Origin: a bacterium
GTDB lineage: Bacteria > SZUA-182 > DTGQ01 > JAFGSM01
Direction: 5' to 3'
Assembly (NCBI GenBank): GCA_049472355.1
Contig: JBLIRP010000063.1
Coordinates: forward strand, 1 to 24,490
DNA: 24,490 nucleotides
A program made the position numbers and the translations under genes. Under the pieces are notes generated by a model. The model did not search any database. It saw only the letters and a program-made list of their open reading frames with translations, and was not told the DNA's origin. This document shows, one piece after another, positions 1 through 10,776 of the stretch (position 1 is the stretch's first letter; each line of letters begins with the position of its first letter).

Positions 1-216
1 GCAACCTTAAAGGCAGTAGCGCTCAATATATTCCGGGCAAGTGCATACCAGACAGCCCAAAAAGCCGAAATTCCCAATAATCCCGAGGGCTGTACTGCCC
101 TATTTTACCTGTTTTTAGTTTTCAAAGAACTTTTCTGCGCAATTAAGCAGATTTTTAAAAATAGTCATTCCCAATGGGATGAATATTATCTGTTCAACCT
201 AAGATCTTTAGGATGA
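1..216 (+). mobile_element. C-terminal end of an IS transposase (IS1182/IS5-like DDE), truncated by the window edge
   Basis: Frame +1 is open from base 1 to TGA at 214-216 and reads ATLKAVALNIFRASAYQ...NLRSLG*. ATLKAxxxNIFRA resembles, from memory, the C-terminal motif of DDE transposases in deltaproteobacteria. Not in the ORF track because no start codon lies in the window. Confidence 0.6.
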
Positions 217-235
217 CTTTTTACGAGGCCATCAA
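215..235 (+). repeat. Putative IS right terminal inverted repeat (GACTTTTTACGAGGCCATCAA)
   Basis: Overlaps the transposase stop codon and resembles IS ends I recall from Desulfobacterota. The partner end is outside the window. Confidence 0.5.
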
Positions 236-286
236 TTTTAGTACCTATGAAAAATATGTGGGTAGCAATATCCGAATTGTTATCAA

Positions 287-372
287 TGGCGGAGGGAGCA
301 GGATTCGAACCTGCGGACCTTTCGGTCAACGGTTTTCAAGACCGCCGCCTTAAACCACTCGGCCATCCCTCC
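287..372 (-). tRNA. tRNA-Ser (anticodon TGA)
   Basis: The reverse complement reads GGAGGGATGGCCGAGTGGTTTAAGGCGGCGGTCTTGAAAACCGTTGACCGAAAGGTCCGCAGGTTCGAATCCTGCTCCCTCCGCCA. It shows an acceptor stem GGAGGGA/TCCCTCC, anticodon loop CT-TGA-AA, variable arm GACC-GAAA-GGTC, T-loop GGTTCGAATCC and an encoded CCA. Confidence 0.97.
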
Positions 373-548
373 AACCGCTCAAGCAATACCCTGGTGTTTT
401 CTTGTATAGTACATGCATTGTGAAGGTACGGCATCGCAACGTTTCGATCCTGTCCCGCGAGGGATCCCATTCCGCATGGTTGCAAAGGCAGGAGCGACGT
501 TCCATTCCCTTATGCACGTTCCGTATCCGGCATGGTATCCGCGTTCCC

Positions 549-1826
549 TTACGGGCGGGTGATCCGTTCCATTCCATCCATGTAGGGCCGCAGGGCATCC
601 GGGATGACGACCTCTCCGTTTTCCTGTTGATAATTCTCCAGCACCGCCACCATGGTGCGTCCCACCGCCAATCCTGATCCGTTGAGGGTATGCACCAAAC
701 CCGTTTTCCCCGAGGACCCGTCCCTGAACCGGATCTTCGCCCTGCGAGCCTGGAAGTCCTCGAAGTTGCTGCAGGAGGATATCTCGCGGTACACCCCCTG
801 GCTGGGCACCCACACCTCTATATCATACGTCTTTGCGGCCGAAAAGCCAAGGTCCCCGGTGCACAGGGAGACCACGCGATAGGGGATATCGAGCCGCTTC
901 AACACCTCCTCCGCATTGAGGAGCAGGGATTCGAGCTCATCATAGGAATGCTCCGGCCGGGAAAACTTCACCAGCTCCACCTTGTCGAACTGGTGCTGCC
1001 TGATAAGGCCCCGCGTGTCCTTTCCGTAGGAGCCCGCCTCGCTTCTGAAGCAGGGGGTAAATGAGACGTATTTCCGGGGAAGGGTACTCCCCTCCAATAT
1101 CTCATCCCTGTGGATGTTGGTGACCGGCACCTCGGCGGTAGGGATCAGGTAATAGGCGCCGTCGCTGGTGCGAAAAAGGTCCTGTTCGAACTTGGGGAGC
1201 TGGCCGGTTCCGAACATGCTGTCCGCATTCACCAAGAGGGGCGGAAGCACCTCGGTGTAGCCGTGTTCCTTGATGTGAAGGTCCAGCATGAAGCTGATGA
1301 GCGCCCGCTCCAGGCAGGCCCCGGTTCCCCGCAGCAGGGCGAACCGCGCACCGGAGATCTTCGCGGCGCGTTCAAAATCGATGATACCGAGGATATCCCC
1401 TATCTCCCAATGGGGCCTCGGCTGGAAGGGGAATTTCGCGGGAGTGCCCCGGGTCTTCACCACGGCGTTCTCGCGCTCGTCGGTCCCCACAGGGACGGAT
1501 TCGTGCGGAACGTTGGGAATGGAAAGAAAGAGATCTTCTATGGCGGCGTCGATGCCCTTGAGGCGTTCCTCGATGGTTCGTATCTCCTCGGAGACCTGCT
1601 TCATATGGGCGATGAGGCCCGAGGCGTCCTCCTTCCTCTTCATCATGCCGCCGATTTGTTCGGACACCACATTCTTTGTATGCCGCAACTCCTCGCTCCG
1701 TTGCAGGAGCTCGCGCCTCTCCGTGTCCTTCTGGGCAAAGGAATCCAGCCCCACATCAATGCCCCTCTGGGCGATTTTTTCCCTGACGTGGTCAAAGTGT
1801 TCCCTTACGAACCGTTTATCAAGCAT
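549..1826 (-). CDS. serS: Seryl-tRNA synthetase
   Basis: Motifs [37 protein letters not shown] and [13 protein letters not shown]. Start placed at MLD (1826), which follows a GAGGA RBS; the ORF track extends to 1841. Confidence 0.97.
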   Translation of the reverse strand: MLDKRFVREHFDHVREKIAQRGIDVGLDSFAQKDTERRELLQRSEELRHTKNVVSEQIGGMMKRKEDASGLIAHMKQVSEEIRTIEERLKGIDAAIEDLFLSIPNVPHESVPVGTDERENAVVKTRGTPAKFPFQPRPHWEIGDILGIIDFERAAKISGARFALLRGTGACLERALISFMLDLHIKEHGYTEVLPPLLVNADSMFGTGQLPKFEQDLFRTSDGAYYLIPTAEVPVTNIHRDEILEGSTLPRKYVSFTPCFRSEAGSYGKDTRGLIRQHQFDKVELVKFSRPEHSYDELESLLLNAEEVLKRLDIPYRVVSLCTGDLGFSAAKTYDIEVWVPSQGVYREISSCSNFEDFQARRAKIRFRDGSSGKTGLVHTLNGSGLAVGRTMVAVLENYQQENGEVVIPDALRPYMDGMERITRP

Positions 1827-1871
1827 GGAAAATCCTCGCATTCATTGGCACAAAGGAAGATTCGACGTATA

Positions 1872-1900
1872 AGGGTATCATCGGAACGGATTTCTGTCAA
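1872..1900 (-). promoter_or_regulatory. Putative sigma70 promoter for serS/tRNA-Ser
   Basis: Minus strand: TTGACA (1900-1895), a 17-nt spacer ending TGA (extended -10), then TACCCT (1877-1872). Confidence 0.55.
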
Positions 1901-1904
1901 TCTC

Positions 1905-1929
1905 GCGGAATGGTCTTGCGGAATGGTCT
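1905..1929. repeat. 12-bp direct repeat GCGGAATGGTCT x2
   Basis: Copies at 1905-1916 and 1918-1929, just upstream of the serS -35 box. Confidence 0.8.
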
Positions 1930-2740
1930 ACCATTTATACTTCTGGTCAGCGGTCGAGATCTTGAGCTGGGTCCTCAGGCTTTCCACGCGGTGCTTCAAG
2001 GTCTCGTTCTGGGGGTCATCTTTGAGCATCCCTTCGTAGAGCTCCAGTCCCTTGGCAAGCTCCCCTTGATTTGCATAACAGTCCGCCATACTCTTGGTGA
2101 TGGTTGTCTTTATTTCCTGATCATCGGTCAACTGCAGGGCGGTCTGGAGGTATTCTGTGGCGTTGGTATACATGCTCTCCAGGCAGTAGAGTTCCCCCAG
2201 CCTATGAATGACATGAATTTTCATGTCGGATTGGGGATACCGCTCCAGGAAGAGCTCGAACTCGGTGATCGCCTGCTTGAAATCCTCCAGGTATGCAAAT
2301 ATCTCCGCAATGCTGTATTGGGCCTGCGGGGCCTGCGGATGCTTGGGGAAAAGCTTCAAAAAGACCTGATACTCGCTTATGGCCTGATTTTGCTCGGAGA
2401 GCACTTCAAAGAGGATCTTGGCGATCTTCATCTGGGCCACCGGCGCGTATTCACTCCTCGGATAATTGGTCACCAGGCGGCGATAGTCATACACTGCCTG
2501 AACATAATCGTTCATGTGCAGGTAACGGATATCCGCAATCCACAGGTTCGCCTCGGGTGAGAAGGGATGATGCGGATATTGATCGAGAAAGGACTCAAAG
2601 GTTTCCAGGGATTTTGTATACTTCCCCCTGGTCCAGAGATCTATCGCATGGTTAAAAAGCTTTTCACCCTTTTGTCTTCCGAGGCAGCCTATAATGAGGA
2701 AGAATATCAGTACGATCAGGATCAGCCTATTTCTCATCAT
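1928..2740 (-). CDS. TPR-repeat lipoprotein (BamD/CpoB-like)
   Basis: Signal peptide with lipobox-like IIGC. Repeated TPR units ([53 protein letters not shown]). Overlaps the gyrA 3' end by 14 nt. Confidence 0.8.
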   Translation of the reverse strand: MMRNRLILIVLIFFLIIGCLGRQKGEKLFNHAIDLWTRGKYTKSLETFESFLDQYPHHPFSPEANLWIADIRYLHMNDYVQAVYDYRRLVTNYPRSEYAPVAQMKIAKILFEVLSEQNQAISEYQVFLKLFPKHPQAPQAQYSIAEIFAYLEDFKQAITEFELFLERYPQSDMKIHVIHRLGELYCLESMYTNATEYLQTALQLTDDQEIKTTITKSMADCYANQGELAKGLELYEGMLKDDPQNETLKHRVESLRTQLKISTADQKYKW

Positions 2741-5183
2741 CCCCCACTTCGGCCCTGTCTTCGAGGCGTGCCACTCCGACTACCTTGTCATCGGTGTCAA
2801 GGGTGACGAGTTTTACCCCCTGGGTGTTCCTTCCCAGAGACCGTATACCCTCTACCGGCACCCAGATTACCGTCCCCTGCGCGGTGATGAGCATAATGGT
2901 GTCCGCCGGCCGCACCGCCTTGACCCCTACCACGGATCCCTTGCCCTTCTTTATCTGGATGTTCTTCAGCCCTTTTCCGCCGCGGTGCTGCTCCCTGTAG
3001 AGTGAAAGGGAGCTTAGCTTGCCGTATCCCTGCTCGGTAACCGTGAGAAGGGACTCTCCCTCGGACACGATCTGCATGTCCACCACCTCGTCATCCTGAT
3101 CAAGGTTGATCCCCCGAACCCCCTGGGATCTCCTGCCAAGGGGTCTGATATTTTCCTCGGTGAAGTGAATGGCCATGCCGTGTTTAGTGCCCAGGAGGAT
3201 ATGACCGTGACCATCGGCCATCTTTACGGTAATGAGCCGGTCGTCAGGCTCGAGGGCAATCCCGATGGTGCCTTGCATGCACAGGCCGCGGGTGGTTTGA
3301 TATTCACTCACGCAACTCTTTTTCACCTTGCCCTTTTTCGTGGCCATAATGAGAAAATGCCCCTCGTCGAATTCCTTGAACGCAAAGATGGCCGTTATCC
3401 TCTCATCCTTGGTGATGGGAATGAGGTTTACCAGCGGCTTTCCCTTGGATTGCCGCGTGGCCTCGGGTATTTCATAGACCTTGCACCAGTAGAATTGACC
3501 CGAGTCGGTGAAAAAAAAGATATAGTGATGCATGGTGGTGACGAACAGATGTTCGGGAAAATCCTCCTCCACGGTGGTCACGCCCCTGACACCGTACCCC
3601 CTTCTCTTTTGCACCCTGAAATAATCCAGGGAGGTGGTCTTTGCGTATCCGCGATGTGTTATCACCACCACCACGTCCTTGTCCTGGATCGTATCCTCGT
3701 AGGCGATCTCCTCCTCGTGCGGAATAATCTTGCTTTGTCGGGGCTGAGCGTATGCCTTCTTTATCTCCAGCAACTCCTCTCTGATGACCGCCATGAGGAG
3801 TTCGTCGCTGCCCAGGATGGACTCGAGTTTTGTGATCAATGCGTACAGATCCTCAAGTTCCTTGATAATCTTGTCCCTCTCCAGCCCGGTGAGTCTCTGC
3901 AACCTCATGTTGAGAATCGCGTTCGCCTGGACATCGGTGAGCTGGAATCCTTCCATCAGCCGTTGACGGGCCTGTTCGGGGGTGGCCGAGGACCTGATCA
4001 TATGGACCACTGCATCGATGTTATCGATGGCGATTTTGAGCCCTTCGAGGATATGCGCCTTATCCTTTGCCTCCTTGAGCTCAAATCGTGTGCGGCGTGT
4101 GACGATCTCCCTTCTATGTTCAAGGAACAGGCGAAGAATCGTCCTGAGATTCAATATCTTCGGCTTGTTTTTTACCAGGGCCAGCATGATGATGCCGAAG
4201 CTCACCTGCATCTGCGTATGCTTATAGAGCTGGTTCATGATCACCCTGGCCACCTGATTCTTCTTCAAATCAAGAACGATGCGCATTCCATCCCGGTCGG
4301 ACTCATCCCTGATGTCCTGTATACCCTCGAGCTTTCCCTCATTGACCAGTTCCGCGATCTTCTCCACAAGACGGGCCTTGTTCACCTGATAGGGAAGCTC
4401 CTTGATGATGATGCGTTCCCTGTCCTTTTTTTCATCGATTTCCACCTCGCAGCGTGCCCGCACCTGGATGATTCCCCTGCCCGTGCGGTATGCGTCAAGA
4501 ATCCCTTCCTTGCCGTAGATAAATGCGCCGGTTGGAAAATCAGGGCCATTGATACACTGCATAACGGAATCGATATCCGCATCCGGTTTGTCAATCAAAA
4601 GAACGAGGCCCTCGATTACCTCTCCGATATTGTGCGGCGGGATGTTTGTGGACATGCCGACGGCAATGCCGGAAGAGCCGTTTACCAAAAGATTGGGTAC
4701 CCTGGTGGGAAGAACGATGGGCTCGGTAAGGCTTCCGTCGAAATTGGGCGCAAAATCGACGGTGTCCTTTTCAAGATCAGACAATATGTGCTCGCTTATC
4801 CGCGCCAGTCTGATCTCCGTATACCTCATAGCCGCAGGTGAATCCCCGTCTATGGAGCCGAAATTCCCCTGGCCGTCGATGAGCGGGATTTTCATGGAGA
4901 ATTCCTGTACCATGCGGGTTATGCTGTCGTAAAGGGCGGCGTCTCCGTGCGGATGAAATTTTCCCAGGACCTCCCCGACGACACGGGCCGATTTCTTGTA
5001 CGGCCTGTTCCAGGTCAATCCGAGCTCATGCATGCCATAGAGGATGCGACGGTGAACCGGTTTTAGTCCGTCCCGTACGTCAGGAAGCGCCCTGCCGATG
5101 ATCACGCTCATGGCGTAGTCAAGATAGGACGTTCTCAACTCATCTTCGATATCAACGGGAATACTTCTCGATTCAGTGACCAT
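2727..5183 (-). CDS. gyrA: DNA gyrase subunit A
   Basis: [32 protein letters not shown], catalytic AAMRYTE and C-terminal beta-pinwheel repeats. Adjacent to gyrB. Confidence 0.97.
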   Translation of the reverse strand: MVTESRSIPVDIEDELRTSYLDYAMSVIIGRALPDVRDGLKPVHRRILYGMHELGLTWNRPYKKSARVVGEVLGKFHPHGDAALYDSITRMVQEFSMKIPLIDGQGNFGSIDGDSPAAMRYTEIRLARISEHILSDLEKDTVDFAPNFDGSLTEPIVLPTRVPNLLVNGSSGIAVGMSTNIPPHNIGEVIEGLVLLIDKPDADIDSVMQCINGPDFPTGAFIYGKEGILDAYRTGRGIIQVRARCEVEIDEKKDRERIIIKELPYQVNKARLVEKIAELVNEGKLEGIQDIRDESDRDGMRIVLDLKKNQVARVIMNQLYKHTQMQVSFGIIMLALVKNKPKILNLRTILRLFLEHRREIVTRRTRFELKEAKDKAHILEGLKIAIDNIDAVVHMIRSSATPEQARQRLMEGFQLTDVQANAILNMRLQRLTGLERDKIIKELEDLYALITKLESILGSDELLMAVIREELLEIKKAYAQPRQSKIIPHEEEIAYEDTIQDKDVVVVITHRGYAKTTSLDYFRVQKRRGYGVRGVTTVEEDFPEHLFVTTMHHYIFFFTDSGQFYWCKVYEIPEATRQSKGKPLVNLIPITKDERITAIFAFKEFDEGHFLIMATKKGKVKKSCVSEYQTTRGLCMQGTIGIALEPDDRLITVKMADGHGHILLGTKHGMAIHFTEENIRPLGRRSQGVRGINLDQDDEVVDMQIVSEGESLLTVTEQGYGKLSSLSLYREQHRGGKGLKNIQIKKGKGSVVGVKAVRPADTIMLITAQGTVIWVPVEGIRSLGRNTQGVKLVTLDTDDKVVGVARLEDRAEVGDDEK

Positions 5184-5217
5184 AGGTGCTTCGCTTTCCC
5201 TCTTTTTTCAAGGAATG

Positions 5218-7849
<2,632 letters not shown>

Positions 7850-9199
7850 CTACCGTTTAATCATTTCAATAAGTTTATTGATATTCTGCCGGAGTTCAAA
7901 ATCGATTTCCAGCAGGGCCTCTATTTTATCGCAGGCGTGCATTACGGTGGTATGGTCCTTTCCGCCGAAACACTGTCCTATTTGAATAAGTGACTTGTCG
8001 GTAAGCTTTCGGGCGAGAAACATGCCTATCTGCCTGGGCAATGCTATATGGCGGGTGCGGGTTTTAGATTTCAGTTCGGAAAATTTTATATTGTAGTATT
8101 TACAGATAACTTTCTGAATATTTTCGATATATATGATGTTTTCCGCCGGATTGAGAATGTCCTTGAGGACCTCCTTCGACATATCGAGGGTGATCGGGGA
8201 CCCGGTAAGAGAGGAAAAGGCGATCAATTTTATCAGGCAGCCTTCAAGTTCCCTGATATTCGACTTAATATTGTTGGCAATAAAAAAGGCCACATCATTG
8301 GGGATATCTATATTGTTTATCTCCGCCTTTTTGAATAGGATGGCCACCTTGGTCTCGAGTTCAGGGGGTTGAATATCGGCGATTAATCCCCATTCGAAGC
8401 GGGAACGGAGTCTCTCTTCTATGGTAGGTATATCCTTGGGCGAGGAGTCGCTCGAAATTACAATCTGTTTATGTGTTTCAAACAGGGAATTAAAGGTATG
8501 AAAGAATTCCTCCTCGGTCCGCTCCTTGCCGGCGATAAACTGGATGTCGTCGATTAAAAGGACATCGATATTTCGGTATTTTGAACGGAAAAGGTCCATT
8601 CTGTCGTAGCGTATAGAATTAATAAGCTCATTGGTGAATTTTTCTGATTGGATATACAGGGCGTTAAAATTCTTGAAATTATCCAGTATATAGTGACCTA
8701 TGCCGTGCAAAAGGTGGGTCTTGCCCAATCCCACGCCTCCATAAATGAAAAGTGGATTATAGGTAAGGGATGGATGTTCGGCGACCGCCTTTGATGCGGC
8801 GTGGGCGAATTGATTGCAGGAGCCGACGACGAATTTATTAAAGGTGTACTTGGGATTAAGATTTGCCGCTGCATGATCCTTAAGGGTCATTTGAACCGGT
8901 GGTTTGGCCGGGGATTCCCTTTTCGTGGAGTGAGTCTCTTGTTCGACCTCGAAGGTGGAATCATTGGAAATAAGATATTGGATCTCCGTATGACTATTGG
9001 TAATTGATCGAAGGTTCTCCAATATCAGTTTATGGTAGTTTTCAAGAAGCCATGACTTAAAGAATTTATTGGGTACCTCGATGGTCAGTGTTTTCCCGTC
9101 ATAGATCTTAAATTTGGTTGGACTCAGCCAGGTATTAAAGCTGTGCCTGTTGATTTGATTCTCAAGAAGATCAAGGGTTTTGGTCCAAATGTTTTCCAT
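7850..9199 (-). CDS. dnaA: Chromosomal replication initiator DnaA
   Basis: LNPKYTF, YNPLFIYGGVGLGKTHL, LLIDDIQF, RLRSRFEWGL, NIRELEG and FGGKDHTTVMHA. Confidence 0.99.
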   Translation of the reverse strand: MENIWTKTLDLLENQINRHSFNTWLSPTKFKIYDGKTLTIEVPNKFFKSWLLENYHKLILENLRSITNSHTEIQYLISNDSTFEVEQETHSTKRESPAKPPVQMTLKDHAAANLNPKYTFNKFVVGSCNQFAHAASKAVAEHPSLTYNPLFIYGGVGLGKTHLLHGIGHYILDNFKNFNALYIQSEKFTNELINSIRYDRMDLFRSKYRNIDVLLIDDIQFIAGKERTEEEFFHTFNSLFETHKQIVISSDSSPKDIPTIEERLRSRFEWGLIADIQPPELETKVAILFKKAEINNIDIPNDVAFFIANNIKSNIRELEGCLIKLIAFSSLTGSPITLDMSKEVLKDILNPAENIIYIENIQKVICKYYNIKFSELKSKTRTRHIALPRQIGMFLARKLTDKSLIQIGQCFGGKDHTTVMHACDKIEALLEIDFELRQNINKLIEMIKR

Positions 9200-9259
9200 A
9201 TTCGATAAACGTATTGATTCAAAAAAAATTAAAAGGAAATCAAAAAGATATGAACATGT

Positions 9260-9279
9260 TTATCCACAATTGTGGATAA
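9260..9279. promoter_or_regulatory. Inverted pair of perfect DnaA boxes upstream of dnaA
   Basis: TTATCCACA-AT-TGTGGATAA, a perfect 20-bp palindrome 60 bp upstream of the dnaA start. Confidence 0.9.
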
Positions 9280-9891
9280 CAAGAGTAAACAAAAAAAATA
9301 CCCTCTAAAATTCAAGGCATTAAACATAATGTAACCTTTCACATAAAAAAGAATATACATGTGTACGGTTGAACAAATGTTCATTAAGGATATGGAATAA
9401 AGCCAAGGTAGAGAAGAGAATACACTATCATTCATATGCAGAATGCGTAGTCATTGATCATCATCGTCCATAAGGCGAATGTGCCATAAAATAAAGCCTC
9501 TCCTTACCTTCGGTTAAAGAAGCAAATGTTCTGATCTCTCTGCGGGAAGGGGGGATTTATTTAAAAAACATAGTATTAACAAACGGTTTTACTATATCAG
9601 ATTTCAATGGGAATTTCAATAATCGAATAGTCGTTTGATCAATAATTTCTATGATGAAACGCCCATGAACCGGATGAAGGTGCGAATGTAGAATGTAGAA
9701 GTGAAACACCCATGGGCCTTCAGCGCACAAGGAAGCATGAAAATGCCCCAAAGGGGATTTTCAGATGAAAGGGGGATTCTTTATAGGGGATTCGCCATTA
9801 CTGTCAACGGGATGCGTACGGCGTAGGACGGGTATGGGGAGAAAAAAAGGAATTGAATGAGGGATCATGACGGCCGGCAAATGGGTGTATA

Positions 9892-9920
9892 TTGACAGGA
9901 AAGTAATTAAAAAATATAAT
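9892..9920 (+). promoter_or_regulatory. Consensus sigma70 promoter of the rpmH operon
   Basis: TTGACA (9892-9897), 17 bp, TATAAT (9915-9920): a perfect consensus ending 29 bp before the rpmH start. Confidence 0.9.
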
Positions 9921-9949
9921 GTCTATTCACTTTTTTATAGGGGGTATCC

Positions 9950-10093
9950 ATGAAAAGGACGTATCAGCCGAAAAAATTAAGAAGATTGCGAAGGCATGGA
10001 TTTTTAAAGAGGATGAGCACGCGCCACGGAAGGGCCATATTGAACAGACGAAGGAGAAAGGGAAGAAAAAGGCTCGTGGTAAGCGTGTCATAA
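9950..10093 (+). CDS. rpmH: 50S ribosomal protein L34 (not in ORF track)
   Basis: Hand translation gives [56 protein letters not shown] upstream; canonical position divergent from dnaA. Confidence 0.97.
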   Translation: MKRTYQPKKLRRLRRHGFLKRMSTRHGRAILNRRRRKGRKRLVVSVS

Positions 10094-10099
10094 AAAACC

Positions 10100-10498
10100 A
10101 TGTCATGTTCTTCAGCAGGCGAGGGAATTTCATCGGAAGAGCGTATACGGAGCAAGGGGGAATTTAAGGAGATATTCAGGAAGGCCGGAAGAATAGATAG
10201 GAATGGATTAAAGATATATTTTGCGCCGAACGGCAAGGAAATATCCCGATTCGCAGTCGTTGTGGGAAGGAAGATAGGATGTGCGGTTAAAAGAAATAGG
10301 ATAAAGAGGGTGATTCGAGAGGTTTATCGAAGAAATAAGAACATTTTTAAGGGGGGTATCGATTGGGTCTTCATTGCGAAGGGCGAATGGGGTACGGTAA
10401 CCTACCGGGAGATTGAAGGAATCCTTACGGGTGCGGTCAGTGATTTGGAGAGAAGGAAAAATTTTAGAAGAAAAGGGATTTCTCAGAAGAGGGAATAG
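10100..10498 (+). CDS. rnpA: Ribonuclease P protein component
   Basis: ERIRSKGEF, RFAVVVGRKIGCAVKRNRIKR (RNR motif); follows rpmH. Confidence 0.93.
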   Translation: MSCSSAGEGISSEERIRSKGEFKEIFRKAGRIDRNGLKIYFAPNGKEISRFAVVVGRKIGCAVKRNRIKRVIREVYRRNKNIFKGGIDWVFIAKGEWGTVTYREIEGILTGAVSDLERRKNFRRKGISQKRE

Positions 10499-10724
10499 AA
10501 AAGGCTCCGCCGTCATAGCAAACATTCTTATCTTATTCATAAAAGTATACCAGTATACACTCTCCCCGATTGTTGGTCATACATGTAGATTTATACCCAC
10601 CTGCTCGCAGTATTCCGTTATGGCAATAAAAAGACATGGCCCCTTTACGGGCATGCGTTTAACAATCTTTCGTATACTTAAATGCCATCCTTGGCACAAG
10701 GGCGGTTATGATCCCGTACCATAA
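10440..10724 (+). CDS. yidD: Membrane protein insertion efficiency factor YidD (start uncertain)
   Basis: YQYTLSP, CRFIPTCSQY and RILKCHPWHKGGYDPVP. No ATG precedes the conserved domain; candidate starts are TTG 10413 and GTG 10431 or 10440. Confidence 0.88.
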   Translation: MIWREGKILEEKGFLRRGNRKGSAVIANILILFIKVYQYTLSPIVGHTCRFIPTCSQYSVMAIKRHGPFTGMRLTIFRILKCHPWHKGGYDPVP

Positions 10725-10776
10725 GGTTTATTTACAACGAACCATGCAGGGACTAAGAAAGGAAGAGGAATAAGAC

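Noticed and set aside
110..132. GTTCTTTGAAAACT (minus strand), resembling an rrn boxA-like leader motif
   Set aside because: It lies inside the putative transposase frame, and no rRNA sequence is present in the window.
3165..4841. 558-aa ORF antisense to gyrA (similarly 1110-2039, 5983-7080, 14763-15518 and 22199-22867)
   Set aside because: Shadow ORFs opposite conserved genes, explained by codon bias; no recognisable motifs.
9229..9751. Short minus-strand ORFs (68 and 64 aa) in the dnaA-rpmH spacer
   Set aside because: Low-complexity translations of AT-rich regulatory DNA with no family motif; one runs across the DnaA boxes.
9919..10167. 82-aa plus-strand ORF in the track
   Set aside because: It overlaps the true rpmH in another frame and starts within the -10 box.
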